A DNA stretch of 63,550 nucleotides, counting the filler, from Chiloscyllium plagiosum (taxonomy: Eukaryota), in NCBI RefSeq assembly GCF_004010195.1. It is 3 parts of one record of this genome, joined end to end, with 100 filler letters (N's around TTAATTAATTAA, not from the genome) between each part and the next. Parts side by side here need not be neighbours in the genome. Positions count along the whole stretch, not along the records: positions 60,329 to 63,550 come from NC_057712.1; 2 more parts are not named here. One strand, 5' to 3'. Below, one piece after another: positions 61,870 through 63,550 of this stretch (positions are counted from its first letter, which is position 1; the number at the start of each line of letters is the position of its first letter). The translations under genes were made by a program, and so were the position numbers. The notes under the pieces were generated by a model. The model was not told the DNA's origin. It was given only the letters and a program-made list of their open reading frames with translations, and ran no database searches.

Positions 61870-62250
61870 TCAGAGTTTTACATCACGGAAACAACCCTTC
61901 AGTCCAACTCATGTGTGTTGATCAGGTTTCCTAAACTAAACTAGTCCTATTTGGCTGTGTTTGGCCTATATTTCTCTAAACGTTTTTAAATATTGTAATT
62001 GTACCTACCTCTGTCACTTTCTCTGGCAGTTCATTCCAGATATATGCTCCACTCTGTGTTAAAAATTTGCCCTTCAGATCCCTTTTAAATCAACCCTTTT
62101 TCACCTATGATTTCTAGTTTTGAACTCCTCTGCTGTAGGAAAAAGATCTTTGCTATTTACCTTTTCTATGCCTCTCAAAATTGTATTACCTCTAGGAGGT
62201 TACCCCTCAACCTCCCACACGCCAAGGGAAAAGATGGCCCAGCCTATTGA
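61870..62250 (-). mobile_element. Old CR1/HER1 3' fragment
   Basis: ctctggcagttcattcc...ctctgtgttaaaaatttgccc. Confidence 0.75.
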
Positions 62251-62664
62251 GTCTCCCCTATACTCAAACTTCAAATTAGGACAGCAGTCCCATAAACTGG
62301 TTAAGTCTGAACTGTACAATGTTCCAGACAACACCACTCCTATAAAGTGGAGTTAGATAGATTTTTTTAGTCTAAAGGATTATCAAAAAGAGTCACCACC
62401 AAACAGAGACTAAGTCCCAGTTTCACACTGAGGAAAGCCTCTATTGTGTTGTGTGCCACTATGACTGTCTAAATGGGACAGATTTCAAACAAATCTAGCA
62501 ACTCAGTACTGGGCAGCCATGAAGCACCATCAGTAGCTATCAGAATTATATTCCAACACAATCTGCATCCTTATGATATGGCACATAACCCACTCTATAA
62601 TAATCATCAGACTAGAAAACCAAATGGCATAGATTTAAGGTCAGACCTAGCAGGATAACATCTG

Positions 62665-63250
62665 AGTTAAGGAGAAATATTTTCATTCAGAGGTTGGTGA
62701 GAGTCTGGAACTCATTACATAAGAGTGTAGTTTGGTCAAACGCTCATATCCATTTAAGCTGTATTTAGATAATCATTTGAATTGCCATGGACTATGGAGT
62801 AAAAGCTTGAAAATGGGATTAATATAGTCAGGTCATTGTTGATCGGTGTGAACATATTGGGCTGAATGGCCTCCTCCTTTGCTGTAAACATTTATGAGTC
62901 AATGATGAATCAACAATGACTGCAGGTGGGCATGACTGGAGCAACACCAGACAGATCAGAAAATGAAGTGCCAATCTGGTGAAGCTATCTAAATCTCAAA
63001 ACAGCAGAAGCAAGTGATAGACACAGCTAAACAATGCCACAGTTAATGGATTAGATTGAAGCTCTGCAGTCCAGCCACATCCAGTTGTGAATGGTTGTGG
63101 ACATGTTAAATAACTCATTGTGGACGAGGCTTCACAATTATGCCTCAGTGTTGGAAGGGCCCAACGCATCAATGCAAATGATAAGACGGAAGCATTTGCA
63201 GCAATCTTCAGTCAGTGGTCCTGAGTGGATGATCCATCTTGGCATCCTTC
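62665..63250 (+). mobile_element. Old CR1 3' end followed by a fragment of the second LINE family
   Basis: gagttaaggagaaatattttcattcagagg...gggctgaatggcctcct; gaagcatttgcagcaatcttcag. Confidence 0.6.
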
Positions 63251-63253
63251 TAT

Positions 63254-63550
63254 GGTGAGAAAGTGAGGTCTGCAGATGCTGGAGATCAGAGCTGAAAATG
63301 TGTTGCTGGAAAAGCGCAGCAGGTCAGGCAGCATCCAGGGAACAGGAGAATCGACGTTTCGGGCATAAGCCCTTCTTCAGGAATGAGGAAAGTTTGTCCA
63401 GCAGGCTAAGATAAAAGGTAGGGAGGAGGGACTTGGGGGAGGGGCGTCGGAAATGTGATAGGTGGAAAGAGGTCAAGGTGAGGGTGATAGGTCAGACTGG
63501 GGTGGGGGCGGAGAGGTCAGGAAGAAGATTGCAGGTTAGGAAGGCAGTGC
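63254..63550 (-). mobile_element. Young PLE family A 3' end (continues beyond the window)
   Basis: gagaaagtgaggtctgcagatgctggagatcagag tail; CpGs retained. Confidence 0.9.
63349..63384 (-). ncRNA. Minimal hammerhead ribozyme motif, family A, intact core
   Basis: Minus strand AUUC-CUGAAGA-A-GGGC(UUAU)GCCC-GAA-ACGU-C-GAUU; GUC cleavage triplet; palindromic stem III ACGU. Confidence 0.8.

Overview
Repeat-dominated vertebrate DNA with no recognisable host protein-coding gene. HE1-type SINEs and HER1/CR1 LINEs point to a cartilaginous fish, probably a shark (inference). Most long ORFs in the track are decayed transposon fragments. Content: many CR1 fragments, 8 HE1-type SINEs, a second SINE/LINE pair, L1/Tx1, L2 and Harbinger remnants, and a heavily nested Gmr1-type Gypsy element (5033-11884, order PR-IN-RT-RNaseH, ATTC target duplication). 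There are also about 20 Penelope-like element (PLE) insertions. The most striking signal is that the PLEs carry minimal hammerhead ribozyme motifs (CUGANGA-stem II-GAA-palindromic stem III) in three or four sequence families. Three copies look fully intact (11517-11551, 44326-44360, 63349-63384). Many sit in tiny (70-250 bp) fold-back insertions with 8-15 bp target duplications. Other notable structures: a fold-back PLE enclosing an inverted copy of nearby genomic DNA, repeated insertions at the TATA region of an LTR-like unit, an RFX X-box and a few weak exon candidates. Boundaries were read by eye and are approximate.
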